Positions 13,866 through 27,359 of a stretch of 64,000 bases of DNA are shown here, one piece after another; the stretch's first letter is position 1; the number at the start of each line of letters is the position of its first letter. The stretch comes from the human T2T-CHM13v2.0 reference genome, Homo sapiens, in assembly GCF_009914755.1 (NCBI RefSeq), contig NC_060936.1; one strand, 5' to 3'. The notes beneath the pieces are model-generated. The model saw nothing but the letters and a program-made list of their open reading frames with translations, did no database searches and had not been told where the DNA came from. The position numbers were made by a program, and so were the translations under genes.

Positions 13866-16800
13866 ATAAAAGTTTTATTAGGAAAGTAGTAACTTGAATA
13901 TTTTTCTGTTTGCATTCTCTTTATTAACATTTCATGCTGTTTAAACAAAAATTTTTTGAATAAAAAGAAAACACAAACATATAAAGCACATATCGGTAAG
14001 ACACATGTGAAAGTTTATCATCATTTAGCTGATCCAGCCTCACCAGGCTTGCCTGTTTTAGACTGTTTATTTCCAATCTATCACCATGTGTGACACTAAT
14101 GAAGATTCTAGCTTCATAGCGCATATGCTAGAAGCTGCCTTGTTTTCTCTAACATGCTGGAGTCCCACTATAAATATTTAAAGCATGTCAAGCTCATTAT
14201 CTACAAAAGAGATTATGGGCAAGAATAGAGCTTTAAAACTCTCTTAAAACATTAGAGTGGGATAACAGAGTCGTTATAAAACCATAAAGCCTTGTAAAAT
14301 TCATGCTGACTTTTTTTATTTTAGATTTGGCATTTTTTTATATCATTCTTTGTGTTTCTTATTTCTGACTAGATAGTCCTGCTTAATATTTCTAAAGCAT
14401 TAGATCATCACACTGATTCTTAAAAATCAATAAAACTTAAAGCAGAGGAGGAAAAAAGCCAAAAACCTTGGGATGAAAACTAGGCAAGGAAGAAAAGTAA
14501 ATCAAAATTGTCTTGAACCACCAACAGGTTTAAAAGTTGAATTTTTCAAGGCAGCACGTTTTCTGTTTTCCAGCTCTATGCTGCAAGAATTGGAAACAGA
14601 AAGAGTGGCATTGTTATATATTTTTCACTGCCAGCCTTTTGCTGCCACCACAAAGCACCCCAGCCTCTGTCCTTATTGCTAGTGGGCAAGAACCTTGCAT
14701 AGAAAATAACAAGCAGAATCCCTGGTTCTGTTTTTAAGTGATAAGGACACACCTTTAGACTTCTACAAAGAAACTTCTCCATCCAAACTTTCCCTAATTA
14801 ATTTGTCTAATAATGTTATCAGGTAAGATTTGCTTCCATCATTTTTTTCACAGTTAAGACACAGCTGCAAACATAAAGATTGGATGTAAGAAAGCGAAAC
14901 GTTTTTGGAAAATTCATGCAATTCCCATAATTTCTCTCCAATTTGTAACATTTACGTTGACATTGTCCACAATTACCCTAAAATCATGTAAATGATAGAC
15001 TCTCTCTAATTTCATTATAAAATTTCATGCCTCCTAACTTCATAGTTTTAAAATAATTGGGACTGCAACAAAACACTGAATTCAGTTTGATTTTTCTTTA
15101 CCCTTTTTCAAACAAACAATTTTTTTCTCTTTGAAATTTTCTACCCTTCATTTCATCAGGATGATCCATGGGATTTTTTTTTTCTTACATGAAGGCAGGT
15201 CTAGTCTGTCTGTAATTTGAGAAGCCCTGAAGAGACGCCTTGCCCACAATATTTTTTTTCCTCTCCCAAGACTACTTTGTATTAAATCCCACATCTCTAG
15301 AAAGCTTCAGTTATACTTCAGGGAAACAAATACCTGGGAGGAAGAAGAGAAGTTGGAGAGGGCCAATCACTTCCCTGGGAAGGGAAAGCCCAAAAAGAGA
15401 CAAGCAACAAGCAAAGGAAACACTGAAAAGCTTTAGTGTCAAAAATGAGTTGAGAGTTTTCTTCAGATTTCAATGATGCAGCACATGGGAATGCACTACC
15501 ACAAAGCTTGGCATGACAAGCTCTACTACAAATGTTTCTGTCTTTCCTCCCTCCTTCCCAGTTCTCCACGTAACAGAGAACGAGACTGATGTAGGATGCC
15601 ACTGAAGACCCCCCAAAACACACACATGTCCACATTTCCAACACTAATTTGGATGTAAGCTAACTCGGTACTATGCTTGCAGCAGACTTGTTCTAGACAA
15701 TACATGTCTAATGAAATAAGTTTGGAAAGACTAAAAGTTCCCGCTATATCTCTCAGCTAAAATTACATACAGATGCTGCTCAGTGCTTGTATTAACTTGT
15801 AACTGTGAACAAATTATAAGGTTTTAAGATCACAGAAAAGTTTTTGAAGTTGAAAATAACCACCATTACAGACAAAATAACCTGTCACTTCTTTTCGAGT
15901 TCAAGGAAATAAAATGTTGGTAAGAAAACAAAACATTCTGGCTTTGTGCCAGAGCATAACATTACATTCCCTCACGTGCTTCTAAAGTGCTGAGTGTCAG
16001 CTAGTGGCTGTTTGTTTAAATCCATGTCTCTTAAAAATATTTAAGATCTTTTTAATTGACAATATGGAGTGTCTGATATATATGCGATTATGTATTAACT
16101 TTGTTCTAAAGGCAATAGTATCCAAACCTTTATTTCAACTGAATCAAACTTATATTAATTGCAAAACTCATCTGCAAACCAAGAAAAGAAAAATATTTGA
16201 TATGCATAATAAAGTGACAGCTATGTGCATTTTAATTCTGCAATGTGTTTATTTTCCTGTATTTTGTCATTTGAAAAAAACAATACACAGAGTTTAGAAT
16301 GTATATAGAACTTAAAATTTCTGTCTCCAGATACTTTATCTTGTAAACATAAGATGTAAGTTCAGAAAACCTACATTGCATTATTATTATAATAATGTAA
16401 GTTCAGAGAAAATGAGGTCTGATAATAATCTTGAGTATCAGTTTAATCATAAAGAATAAATAACTGATATGAAATTAAAAGGGAAGTTGCTTTCGCCAAC
16501 ACTCTACCCAGAAAATACACATTATAGCTCTCAAAGGGGAGAAAACCAGTTCTCTTGAGATTTCCCATCTGCAGCTGAATTCTACAGAGATTGAAAAACC
16601 ATTGAAATGAATTGCCCCAAAGTTCAACTCAAGGTTTTACTTTGAAGGGCACACTGAGGGTAGATTTTTGAACCTAATTATTATGCCACTTCAAATACAC
16701 TCCTTCAGCTGATGGGTGGAACACAGCCATCTATACATAGGTTCAGCATCTCAAACATATACCCTTCTGACCCTTCTCATTTCCTCTTCCTCGATGCCAA

Positions 16801-18399
16801 GCTATGCTGGCTTTTATTTTCTTCATTACATCTTTCCTGTTCTCAAGGAGGAAAAACTAATGCGAAAGAGACTGAACCATGGTACCAAGTCCTTGGGCAT
16901 GTAGAAAAGCAGATAGAATTTATCAAATATAGATTCTAAACCCTATGTATTTTTTTGAATAATGAAAATCAAGAAAATGATTTGTTACATTCACTAGCAA
17001 TATTGGGTCCATTACGATATGTCAAACATGCCAGAAAGTTTAAAGTCTGAGACTACCTTCTGAAGAGTGGAATTGATGCATCATACCATTTAGCATAGGA
17101 ACTACAGTTTAGTTTTGCCTTTGCGTCAACAGGTATTAATGCTTTGGGGTATTTTGGAATTGTATTAATTGATTTAAAGTTCACGAGTTCCAGATCGCAC
17201 TCTGCCCTCAAAACTCTGTGTAATCTTGAGTAACCCCCATGTAACTTGCTTGTAAGTTACAAGTTACTCAACGTGTTTCCTTATCTATACAGTAAGGAAG
17301 TTGAGCCAAATCCATTTCTAACCCATGAGTCAAAAACCCTTTCAGAGTCATGGGGTTACTGAAAGGGATAAGGTACATCAAATGCACAACTGAATAAATG
17401 CTACTATCACACAGGTATGTAGAATACTAGTGTCATCAAATGTGTGCACATGCTATCGCTATTAGTAGAATATAAGTTCACTTAAAAGTCTTACTGAATT
17501 CAGAACAGCATTTTGTTACTTTCATTTCCATTAACCATTCAATACTAAAATTACATAAGAGATCTGAAAAAAATGGCATTAAAGAGAACCCCCATAGGGG
17601 GGTTCTACATTTCTATAGCTGTTCTACAGAACAGCTATAGAAACTTTGAAATAGAGCAGCAAATGGGTATCTTTGTGTCCTGTAGGCTGTTTTCCACCCA
17701 ACTAGCCAGTGAAGGCCTTTATGGAGTATTGGAGTTATGGATTCTAACCGAAACCGAGAATGCTTCAGACTCCAACTTAAGCTAGGAACACTGGATATCT
17801 TCAAACATGTTTATTTCTCTTTCTCAGAGTTACCTATGAAAATAGTCATGCCTATAACCATTGCAACATTTTTCTTTGAACAGAAAGTTTAAGCTACAAT
17901 ATTCAATGTTAGAAAATAGTTCTGAGACTTGATATAAGAAGTTTGTGGTAATTCTTCTAGAATAAAAGCTAAAATTGAGGAGATAATACAATTCTGTAGA
18001 ATTTTAACCAGGGAGACAAGGAAAACTATCTTCTGTATCCAGTTTGATTCTTTAGGCATGATAGGTTTTCTTTTTAATTCTCTTTTTTTTCTATTGTCTT
18101 ATGTTAAAAAGTATCTTTCTAAAATCAGAAGTAGAATAAAGTCCTTACTGGGGACACCAATTGATCAATTATCAAGACAATTATAACAAATTTTTCTTTC
18201 TTTGCATGATACTTCCACTGTCTATACATCCTCACAATCCCTTCAATGGAGTTTTCTCAGTGTCCCACCACCCGCAAATCTCAAGAGCTCCCAGATTCCT
18301 CTCATCAGCTTAGAGAATGCTGATGCTCACCTTCCATCCACGCTGATTTCTTCTAGTTCGAGTTCATGTTGTCCCAGTAGAAAAACCCAGTCCTCGTCC

Positions 18400-19140
18400 C
18401 CATCCGTGACTGATTCTAGGTCACTCCCTACTCAAATTCATCCTATCCTACCATCAGAGTTATTTTTCTAGAACAGTTTACTTCTATTAACAGTTTACTT
18501 CTATTAACAGCTGCACTCAGATTTTGTTTAAATCTTCAACTACTCCCCATTAGCTTAAAGAGAAGGTACATCCTACTTAACATAGCCTACAAAATTTCAC
18601 AACCTAGTTGTGCACCTAATTCTTTAGCCTCACCTCCAGCCAACTTAGTCTTAGTGTATTATTTGAATACACCATGTGTTTTTTTGCAAGTCTTTTTCTT
18701 TCCTTCTGCTACTTACTATGTCTAGATTATTTTCTCCCCAAAGCCTCACCACTCCTGTATCCCTTTTATTTAGTCTTCAAGATCCAGATATTTTCTTCCT
18801 ATATTTAGCTTTCTCTTACTCCCTTCTCCAAAGCAGAATTAATTGAATCTCACATGTAACACTAACTGAACATCTGCTGTGTCTAATAGCACATTAGATA
18901 CTGGGGGTACAAATATAACAAGACCAGTTCTTACCATCCAAGAACTTTCAGACTAATAAAGGAGACAGTCCTGTATAAAAATAAAGGCAATTGAGTTATG
19001 TTAGCTTTATGACAGAACCCAGTACAATTGACCACAATGAAGGAGGTGGTCTGTTCTACCAGAAAAAGAGGGAAGGGAACAAGAAAGGCATCAAAGAGGA
19101 AATAATAATTGAGCTAATCTTGAAAGATCAACAGATATAC
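18400..19140. mobile_element. Degenerate L2 fragments
   Basis: L2-like motifs (aaatcttcaactactccccatt, ctttcagactaataaaggagaca, ttgagctaatcttgaaagat); approximate. Confidence 0.55.
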
Positions 19141-19178
19141 AATCAGTAAATAAATAATCATCAAAAGAAGGGGGAAAG

Positions 19179-19748
19179 TAGAACCAGAAATACCATTTGA
19201 TCCAGTAATCCCATTACTGAGTATATACCCAAAGGATTATAAATCATTCTACTATAAAGACACATGCACACGTATGTTTATTGTGGCACTGTTCACAATA
19301 GCAAAGACTTGGAACCAACCCAAATGCCCATCAATGATAGACTGGATAAAGAAAATGTGGCACATATACACCAAGGAATATTATGCAACCGTAAAAATGA
19401 TGAGTTCATGTCCTTTGCAGGGACATGGAAGAAGCTGGAAACCATCATTCTCAGCAAACTAACATAGGAACAGAAAACTAAACACCACATGTCCTCACCC
19501 ATAAGTGGGAGTCGAACAATGAGAACATATGGACACAGGGAGGGGATCATCACATGCCGGGGCCTGTTGGGGGATGGGGAGTTAGGGGAGGGATAGCATT
19601 AGGAGAAATACCTAATGTAAATGACGGCTTGATGGGTGCAGCAAACCACCATGGCATGCGTATACCTATGTAACAAACCTGCACGTTCTGCACATGTATC
19701 CCAGAACTTAAACTATAATAATCAAAATAAAATAAAATAAAATAAAAT
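19179..19748 (+). mobile_element. 5'-truncated L1PA (L1PA7-like) 3' end
   Basis: ORF2 end [21 protein letters not shown]-rich 3' UTR, (TAAAA)n tail; approximate TSD aaaga(ag)ggg(g)aaagt. Confidence 0.93.
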
Positions 19749-19769
19749 AAAGAGGGAAAGTCTATTCAG

Positions 19770-19915
19770 TCGTTCAATTATTCATTCATCCAACATTTAT
19801 TGAGTGACCATGATATTCCAGGCACTGCACCAGGTGCTGAAAACACAAACATAAATAAATTATATTCTTTGTCCAAAAAAAGACAAACAATTATATAATT
19901 ATATTACAATGGATA
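19770..19915. mobile_element. L2 3'-end fragment
   Basis: ttcattcatccaacatttattgagtgaccatgatattccaggcactg. Confidence 0.7.
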
Positions 19916-19917
19916 CG

Positions 19918-20325
19918 TTAGACAGCTCCCAGTAATAAGGAATCTGACGCCAATTTCATTTTTGATGTTTGACTATTGACAGCTTTCATGCCCTACCCTA
20001 CGCCTTTCCCTTTTGTCCCACATAAGGGGAAGATAAAAAGAAAACCTTGGGGCTCCATTCATTGGTGTTGGCGGAGAAGTGCACACCATTCAAACCCAGT
20101 TCCTCTGGGAACATTCACTACAGCCCCACCCTCTCAGCACAATAGAAACCAAAGCCACTGGCTTCCCTTTTCACTCAAGACATTCCAGACCAGCTTTTAT
20201 GCCTGCCCAGCTTTTTTTTAGAAAGTCTCATTATGTGAGCAATAAATCTTTTCCTACCGCTTGGATGGAGGGATGGAAGCATCTTCAGTCTAACAGTCTC
20301 ATCATCCTAACCAATTATGGATGAG
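19918..20325 (+). mobile_element. ERV-type solo LTR fragment (family not assigned)
   Basis: LTR-like layout with tgtgagcaataaatc polyA signal at ~20241; approximate. Confidence 0.45.
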
Positions 20326-20339
20326 TGTTTATTGCCCTC

Positions 20340-20900
20340 CACAAAGCAACCACAAAACATACCCCCGCCTCCTGGTATTCATGCCCTTGTATAATTCTCT
20401 CTGCTTGAATGTGGGCTGAGCCTAGTAACTAGCTTCAAACAAATAGAATACAGCAAAAGTAATGGGATGTCTTTTCCAAATTAAATGTCAAAAAGACTCT
20501 TGGTTTCTCTCTTGCTCAACTTCTATTGCTCTCTTGCTTTCTCTGATGGAAACCAGTTACCTATGAACAGGTCCACATCATCAGTAACTGAGGGAGGCCT
20601 GTGGTCAATAGCCAGGGAGGAACAGAAGCCCTCAGTCCATCAGCCCATGTACAGCTGAATTCTGCCAATGACAATGTCAGTGAGTTTTGAAGTGGATCTT
20701 TCTCCAGTTGAGCCTGTATATGAGACCGTTGTTCCAACCAACACCTTCAATCGTAGCCTTTCAAGAGACCCTGGATAGAGGACCCAGTTAAGCCATGCCT
20801 GGATTTCTGACCCACAGAAACTGTGTTACAATAAGTGTTTGTTGTTTTAAGTCACTAGGTTTTCGGGGAGTTCGTTAAACATCAATAGATAATTAATACA
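20340..20900 (+). mobile_element. MLT1 (F-like) MaLR LTR
   Basis: attcatgcccttgtataatt...tgaatgtgggctg; ends ttgttttaagtcactagg...aatagataattaataca. Confidence 0.85.
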
Positions 20901-21809
20901 ATGGAGTAGTGCAGTAGTGGTGAAAATATACAAAGATATTGACACTTTGGGGTGATGGTTAGGGAAGGAAGGGTGGCTAACCCAGTTTGGACAGCATGGG
21001 TAAAATATGGAGACCAAGAAACCTGGTGAATCAATGAAATGTAGGTGCTTACAATAATTCAATATGGCTGGACTAGGAAAAAGGAAGAGAGTGTGGAGCG
21101 CTGAGTCTGGAGATACATACTGAAGCAGGATATGAGAGCGCCTTGTAAGACCATGCGAAGTGAGCAGTTATTAAAGAATTCCAAACAACACAACGACATG
21201 ATTATATCTGTGTAACCTGAGCCTGAGCTGTTTTTTGCCTCAGATTCGGACGTGTCCAGACAGGTCTTGAGGGCAGGTGGCCCAGGCCCTCAGTAATCTG
21301 TTTGCCTGAGTAGTCAAGAAGCTTCTTGGGAAATAGTCCATCCATAAGAAGTAAGAGTTCCAAGAACTCTTGAAGTGACAAAAGACCAGTGAGCCTAAGC
21401 TTAGGAATGCAATGTCTGTTCCTGATTGTTCTCCTTCCTAGTCCCCAGGGACTGATGCCTCAGCCCCAAGGAGAAGGAATTGCAATGTTGCAATGACAAG
21501 CAAAGAAACACCTGTTCCACAAGATGCCCATGAGAACCTCAGATCCCAAGACAATATCAGCAAATCAGCGTTAAACATCGGACACCAACATTGACATCAG
21601 TGCTATGGTAAGAACTCCAGCAGAAGGCATTATTCTCTCTTTTCTTTGAAAGGACAAGACAGAAGAAACAGTGGACAACAAGACTATTTCAGAGCACACA
21701 TTAAATGTCACCAGCCACCCAGGCTTCTGTATTTGGATAAAAATTTGAGGGATCTAGAGCTTCCCACAGAGGGAGGGAGATTTGGGAAACAGAGGGAGAG
21801 ACAGAAACT

Positions 21810-22290
21810 ATTTTTTATTAATAGGCTATTTTGTAGTACAGTTTAGATTTACGGAAAAATCGAACAGATAGTAAAGAGTTTCCACATGCCCACCCCCTGT
21901 GGTTTTCCCTGTTATTAACATCTTATATTCATATGCTAGATTTATTACAACTAATAAACCAATATTGATACATGAGTATTAACTGATGTTCATAGTTTAG
22001 TCATATTTTCTTAGTTTTCTTAGGATCCCATTTTCTTAAGATTCCATCCAGGATACGACATGACAACTGGTTGTCATATCTCCTTAGGCCCCTCTTAGTG
22101 GTAATGTTTTCTCGGACTTTCTTTGTTTCTGATGACTTTGATAGTTGTGAGGAGTACTGGCAAGATATATTGCAGAACCCTCCTCTCTTTAAATCTACCT
22201 GATGTTTTCCCCATGATGGGTTTGGGGTTATAAGTTTTGGGAGGGGAAGTACTATTTTGATATTGATGTTGTGTCCCCTTATTACCTCCA
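21810..22290 (-). mobile_element. L1MC-type 3' end
   Basis: cagtttagatttacggaaaaatcgaacag..., ccatccaggatac...tgtcatatctccttagg. Confidence 0.75.
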
Positions 22291-22329
22291 CACTGCTTTG
22301 ACCTGAGAAATATAGTGTATTTCATTTGT

Positions 22330-22940
22330 ATTTTGAAAGGATCACTATTGTAGCAAAAATATGAAGGGCCAAGAAACTAAGCAATATGACCAACTTGAAA
22401 ACTATTGCAACAATTCAGACATAAAGAGGATACGGGCTGAGGCAACGGTGGTGTAAAAAGAATGGATGAGGTAGATAAAATATACGTTAAGAACGTAGAA
22501 ATCACAGAATTCTACAACCAATTGTATTGGTTGTAGGTGTATGAATGGGGAAATCTGTAAAAGTGACTGAGAAGAAATGGTTGAAAATGTGAAAGAAGAA
22601 CCAGAAAGAGCAGTGTGCCAGAGCCGAAGGAAAAGAAAGTCTCAGGAATGCTGTAGTAATTCAAACAAATGAGGGCCAAGCAACCTTTGGACTTGGAAAT
22701 TAATATGATTATTAGTGAGCATTATTGGGAAGGGCTGGGAAGTGAATTCGATGTAAGGAAATAGAAATAGTGCGCATTAATATTTCTAATCATTCAAATT
22801 ATAAAGGAAAGGAGAATGATGAGGGTCATAGCTAGAGATATACAGAATTGAGGACTTTTAATGATATAAGAGACAGGAGCGAATAAAGAAAGATTGAAAA
22901 TATGGCAAAATGAAAAACTGGTCTTAGAGAAGATGAAAAT
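22330..22940. mobile_element. Degenerate L2 fragments
   Basis: ttttgaaaggatcactattgtagc..., ctattgcaacaattcagac; approximate. Confidence 0.55.
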
Positions 22941-22949
22941 GTGGAATCA

Positions 22950-23150
22950 TTAATGATAATAATAGTTACGCCCACTGAATATCTATCTAACTGTTTCAGG
23001 TCCTGGGGTAGGGCTTTAATGCATAAATGACATTAACCTTAACACTCCAGGGAGGTAGGTGTGTGATTATTCCTATTTTATGGACAAAGAACTAAGACAT
23101 AAAGGACTGTGAGTCAAGATTTGAACCTAAGCAGCTTAACTCCACATGGT
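22950..23150. mobile_element. MIR
   Basis: attattcctatttatggacaaagaactaagacata...caagatttgaacctaagcag. Confidence 0.7.
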
Positions 23151-24334
23151 TATTCATTGCTTTACATTGCTTCTCCAAAGCCTGGGTGGCAGCCTGAAAC
23201 AGCAGAAGAGACATCTGTGAGATGAAGGAAAATTAATGAATGTGGGTGGCACATGGTGGTTGCATAATAAATATTTGTAGGATGAATGGAAGAATAACAG
23301 AGTATAGATAAAGATATGTAGCTATAGGGCCAGAAGTCAATAGAGGTCACAATTTATAGTGCTGATTACATCACCATCGATGAATGTGTACCATGTTATG
23401 CACGAACAGTATAGCACTTTTTATTATGTTACAATTCTGTGTTTCACCTCTGTCTCCTTATTTATCTGAATCCCACTCCCTCAGCTATGAGATTGGTTGG
23501 GGCTAACTTATCTGGCCTGGTTCCTTAGGCCAGAACTGGAAAAGACCAGGAAATGTCAGAAGCAAGGAGAAAACAAAGCTCAATGAAAACGTGAAATCCA
23601 ATGAGCTGAAAATCAAAGATCCCCAAATAGATGGAAGGAGCAGAAGCAGGTTTGGAATTCAAGAGTCTGAAGACCAGAATTTGAAATCCTGGGAGTCAAG
23701 AGCCAGGAGAGGGCTGGAAAAAAATGATCTTAACAGATGTCACCTTCTGAGTTTTATTTTTATCTGTCAGTCACGGTGATGAATAGCCAAACTGGCTACT
23801 TTAAAAGGTTGCAAGGGGCCAGATACCTCCAGGTAGCAAACATCCTGGGGGAATGGGCTATGTCTTTTTTTTTTTAAACCTGTGATTATGTCCCTAGTAT
23901 CTGACACAGTGCCTGGCATAGAGAATGTGTTAAAAAAATAAAAAAGACTGAATAGAATGGACTAATCATCTATGGGTTTGAGTTAAATATTTTGGGGGAG
24001 TGATTAATAACTATTTTGAGTTATAAGATATCTGAATTTGAACTTGATGATCTGAACTTGATAATGCAAATTTAAGCTACAACGTCACTTGAATTTGCAT
24101 CTTACAGAACATCCCTGGCTTATCATTGGATGTTGTTGACACATGTAATCTGTAATCCTACTTAAGGTTATAAATAATTACCTTTCAAAGGGAGCAATAA
24201 ATAGAACCATGATTCATAAATTTATTAATCCTTCTTTCTAATTGCAGACAGCTGCAGTGTTCCAAAACATTTTTACCAAATATATAACCAACCCAGGTGC
24301 ATCTATCTGGTCTTCAGGCTTTGCCAAGTTTACC

Positions 24335-24960
24335 AGTTAGGATTTGATCAGTGAAGTAGAAACACTGTAATTGCTATGGGATGAGGGATTTATTATGGAG
24401 ATTAGGCCTTAGGAAATTGTGGGAACTGATAAAGAAGTCTAAGGAAACACATTGTCTCTGCCTCTGGTGATGGGCCTGAAGTCACTGCAAGACAATAGGA
24501 CTGACAGTCTGGATGTGAACTGACGTTGTCTAAGGACAAACTAGAACCCACAACAATAAGAAACAGTCTCTCACTGTTTCTAATCTTGAGATGCAGGTGA
24601 CACGCAGAAGGGATTCATTCACTTCTTCATGGAGCTGCACATGTGCATGGCTCAGGACCCTAAGAAGCTGAAGGAAGACATGAGGGGAACAGGAGAAACT
24701 GCAGGCCAACTACAGCCCAGCACCAAGAAATTGGGCCAGTAGATCAGCAATGAAGTGCACAACCTTCAACCTTTCTAGCACCTTTGCCTAGCACCTTTGA
24801 TGGACTTTCAAAGCACAGTTGCTACTGCTTTTCTTCTGCCTCCCAAATATCACACAAATTACTGCTGTGGTCAATTCTAATCTGGAACCATACAGTAAAG
24901 GGATTCTGGGAAATGTTGTTTCAATTTGGCTGAGTAGACACAAAATAAAACCAGCATACT
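24335..24960. mobile_element. Old ERVL-type LTR
   Basis: gggatttattatggagattaggcctt..., ggaaccatacagtaaagggattctgggaaatg; family uncertain. Confidence 0.55.
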
Positions 24961-26263
24961 AAGTCATGTCTATGTGCTCTGCAAATTTGTGTTGGCCCCT
25001 CAATCAGGACCAATCTCACTCCAGGTGCTTTACAGACCACTTCCCTTTTTCTCCCAAGTATTTTGTCAGGTTGTTAACACACATCATCCTATTTCTACTC
25101 GAGTGTGGGCACAGCTAAGTCTCTGCTGAAATGTTTGATAGCCTGGAGTAATGGTAGTATGCCATAGCTCTAGAACTGGCTAAGTCCAATGGACCTCCTT
25201 TTACTTCCACCCACCAGAAGGAAACTCTAGACATCAGTGACCCTTGAGCTCCCATATCATCCACCCATAGGACTAGAGAAAAGAGGCAGATTTCAAATTC
25301 CAAGCACCACACCCCAGTTTCCATATCTGCCTCTGCCTGGTTTCCTTCCAAGCCTTTCCTCCATGGGGCATGACAACTTAAAGAACGTACTTTCTTTCCT
25401 TCAGGGAGAAAATGCTCTCCTGCACCTATCAAGTGTGGTTTGGCCCGCATGGCCCAGAAAAGGAAAAACAATGCTAATCCAGTAAATTTCCTAAATTAAT
25501 CTTAAATAACACCCTTTGTGGGATGCCAAAGTGATGTTAAGTTAGTATGTGAAATGTGACCTGGCTCCTTTTTTAGCTTTTCCTGATATAAGATGAAGAA
25601 ATCATGTCTGCATTTCTTTTCTGCTGTGATCTAGTCTTGTGACTAGCTAATAACAAAGTTTGAGCAAAGAAAACCCTTCCTCATGTACGCAAACGCATAC
25701 TTTTCAAGAATACTAATGCTCTTGGGCATTTGGCAGCTTAAGACCAGACTCGATAAAAGAGAGGAGAGAATTCTGTCTCCAGCGTGGAATGGTCCTCCTA
25801 AAAATGTACAAAATATTTTTATTAAATAGAAACTTTAACATCTCATATGAAACACTGCCTATAGAGTTCATGATTGCTTTATTGTTTTCTCCAAGAATAA
25901 TGGGTCGATATTTGTCTTATAACTAAAGGACTGCAAATATGTATTTGTATAACTAAAGGAATCTAGTGATTCCCGCAACCTCCACCACCAAATCAAAGTC
26001 TGTTCCAAGGTAAACTGACATCTCTACCTCTAGAAACAGAAAACTGTTGGCAACTCTTAAAGATTCTTCTCTAATTAAAAAAATTTAAAGACTCAATGAG
26101 CCATGCTATTGCCTATCTAATGCACCTTCCCACAGAGATTCTTTCACATCTCTGAGCCTCATTTTATGAAATGGGGACAATACCTTCCTTGAAGAGATAT
26201 TATAAGAAATAAATGAGATTTGGTATAATATTTTTATGGCACGAACAACATATTAAGTACTCA

Positions 26264-26624
26264 TCTTAGTCTATTTAGGCAGCTATCAGAAAATGCCATA
26301 AAGTGAGTAGTTTATAAACAATAGAAATCTATTTCTCACAGTTCTGGAGGCTGGGAAGTCCTCGATCAAAGTACTGGCAGTTCGATGTCTGGTGAGGGTC
26401 CACTTTCTGGTTCAGAGATAGCTCCTTCTACTAGTGTCCTCACATGGTGGAAGGGAGAAGACAGGTCTCTGGCTTCTTTTACAAGGGCACTAATCCCATT
26501 CATGAGGGCTCTGCTCTCATGGTCTAATCACTTCCTAAAAGATCACAGGTCATAATACCATAACCATGAGGTTAGGATTTCCCTGTAGGAATTTGGGCAA
26601 GACACAAACATTCAAACCACAGCA
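26264..26624 (-). mobile_element. MLT1A-type MaLR LTR
   Basis: tttctcacagttctggaggctgggaagtcc..., aagggcactaatcccattcatgagggctctg..., gacacaaacattcaaaccacagca. Confidence 0.9.
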
Positions 26625-27359
26625 GTGGTTTGAATCAATAGATAGAAGCTATTATTATTCTATATTACCTATAATATTCATTTCAGACATGTATATGTAC
26701 AAACACATGGATGTATGTGTGTATTAATACATTTCCTTATATATTATCTACTACATATACCAGAGAAAAATAATTCTTATTTCCATATTGCGCACATGTG
26801 TGAAAGAGAAAGAAACCCATCTGTATAAGGAGAAGGACATGGAGTGAAAGAGAGCAGTACTGGGTGAGGAAAAGTTTAGTGAAATAAAACAGAAACTCTC
26901 TCTCAAATAACTGTAGTGAAATCTCACTTATGTTCCAGCTTAGACACACCACCAGATATGCTTGAAGAGTTTATTTGATGTCAAGTCTACTGAAATCAAC
27001 TGCCCTTGATTTTTATTCTTACTCGCCATAGAAATAATACTAAAACTTTTGAGGACAGTGAGTTATGACAAATTTCCAGCATTTCTCATAAGAACAGGTG
27101 GTGTACTGTCTAATTTTTCGCCTCATTTTTCACTTATGCTAAATCATAGCATGTGTTTTTTATAGTTAAATGTGCAAAGTTGGAACAATGTTACTTTTTT
27201 CTGTCATTTCTTATTCCTCAAATATTTTTCATTATCTTCCAAAATAAAGCTATTTAAATTATATGGGGGGAGGAATCTCTCCATTTATCATGCTTTTCTC
27301 ACTTAGCAAATAATAAATAATTTGACTCATATTGCTAACGAATTCTCCCATGTGCCCAA

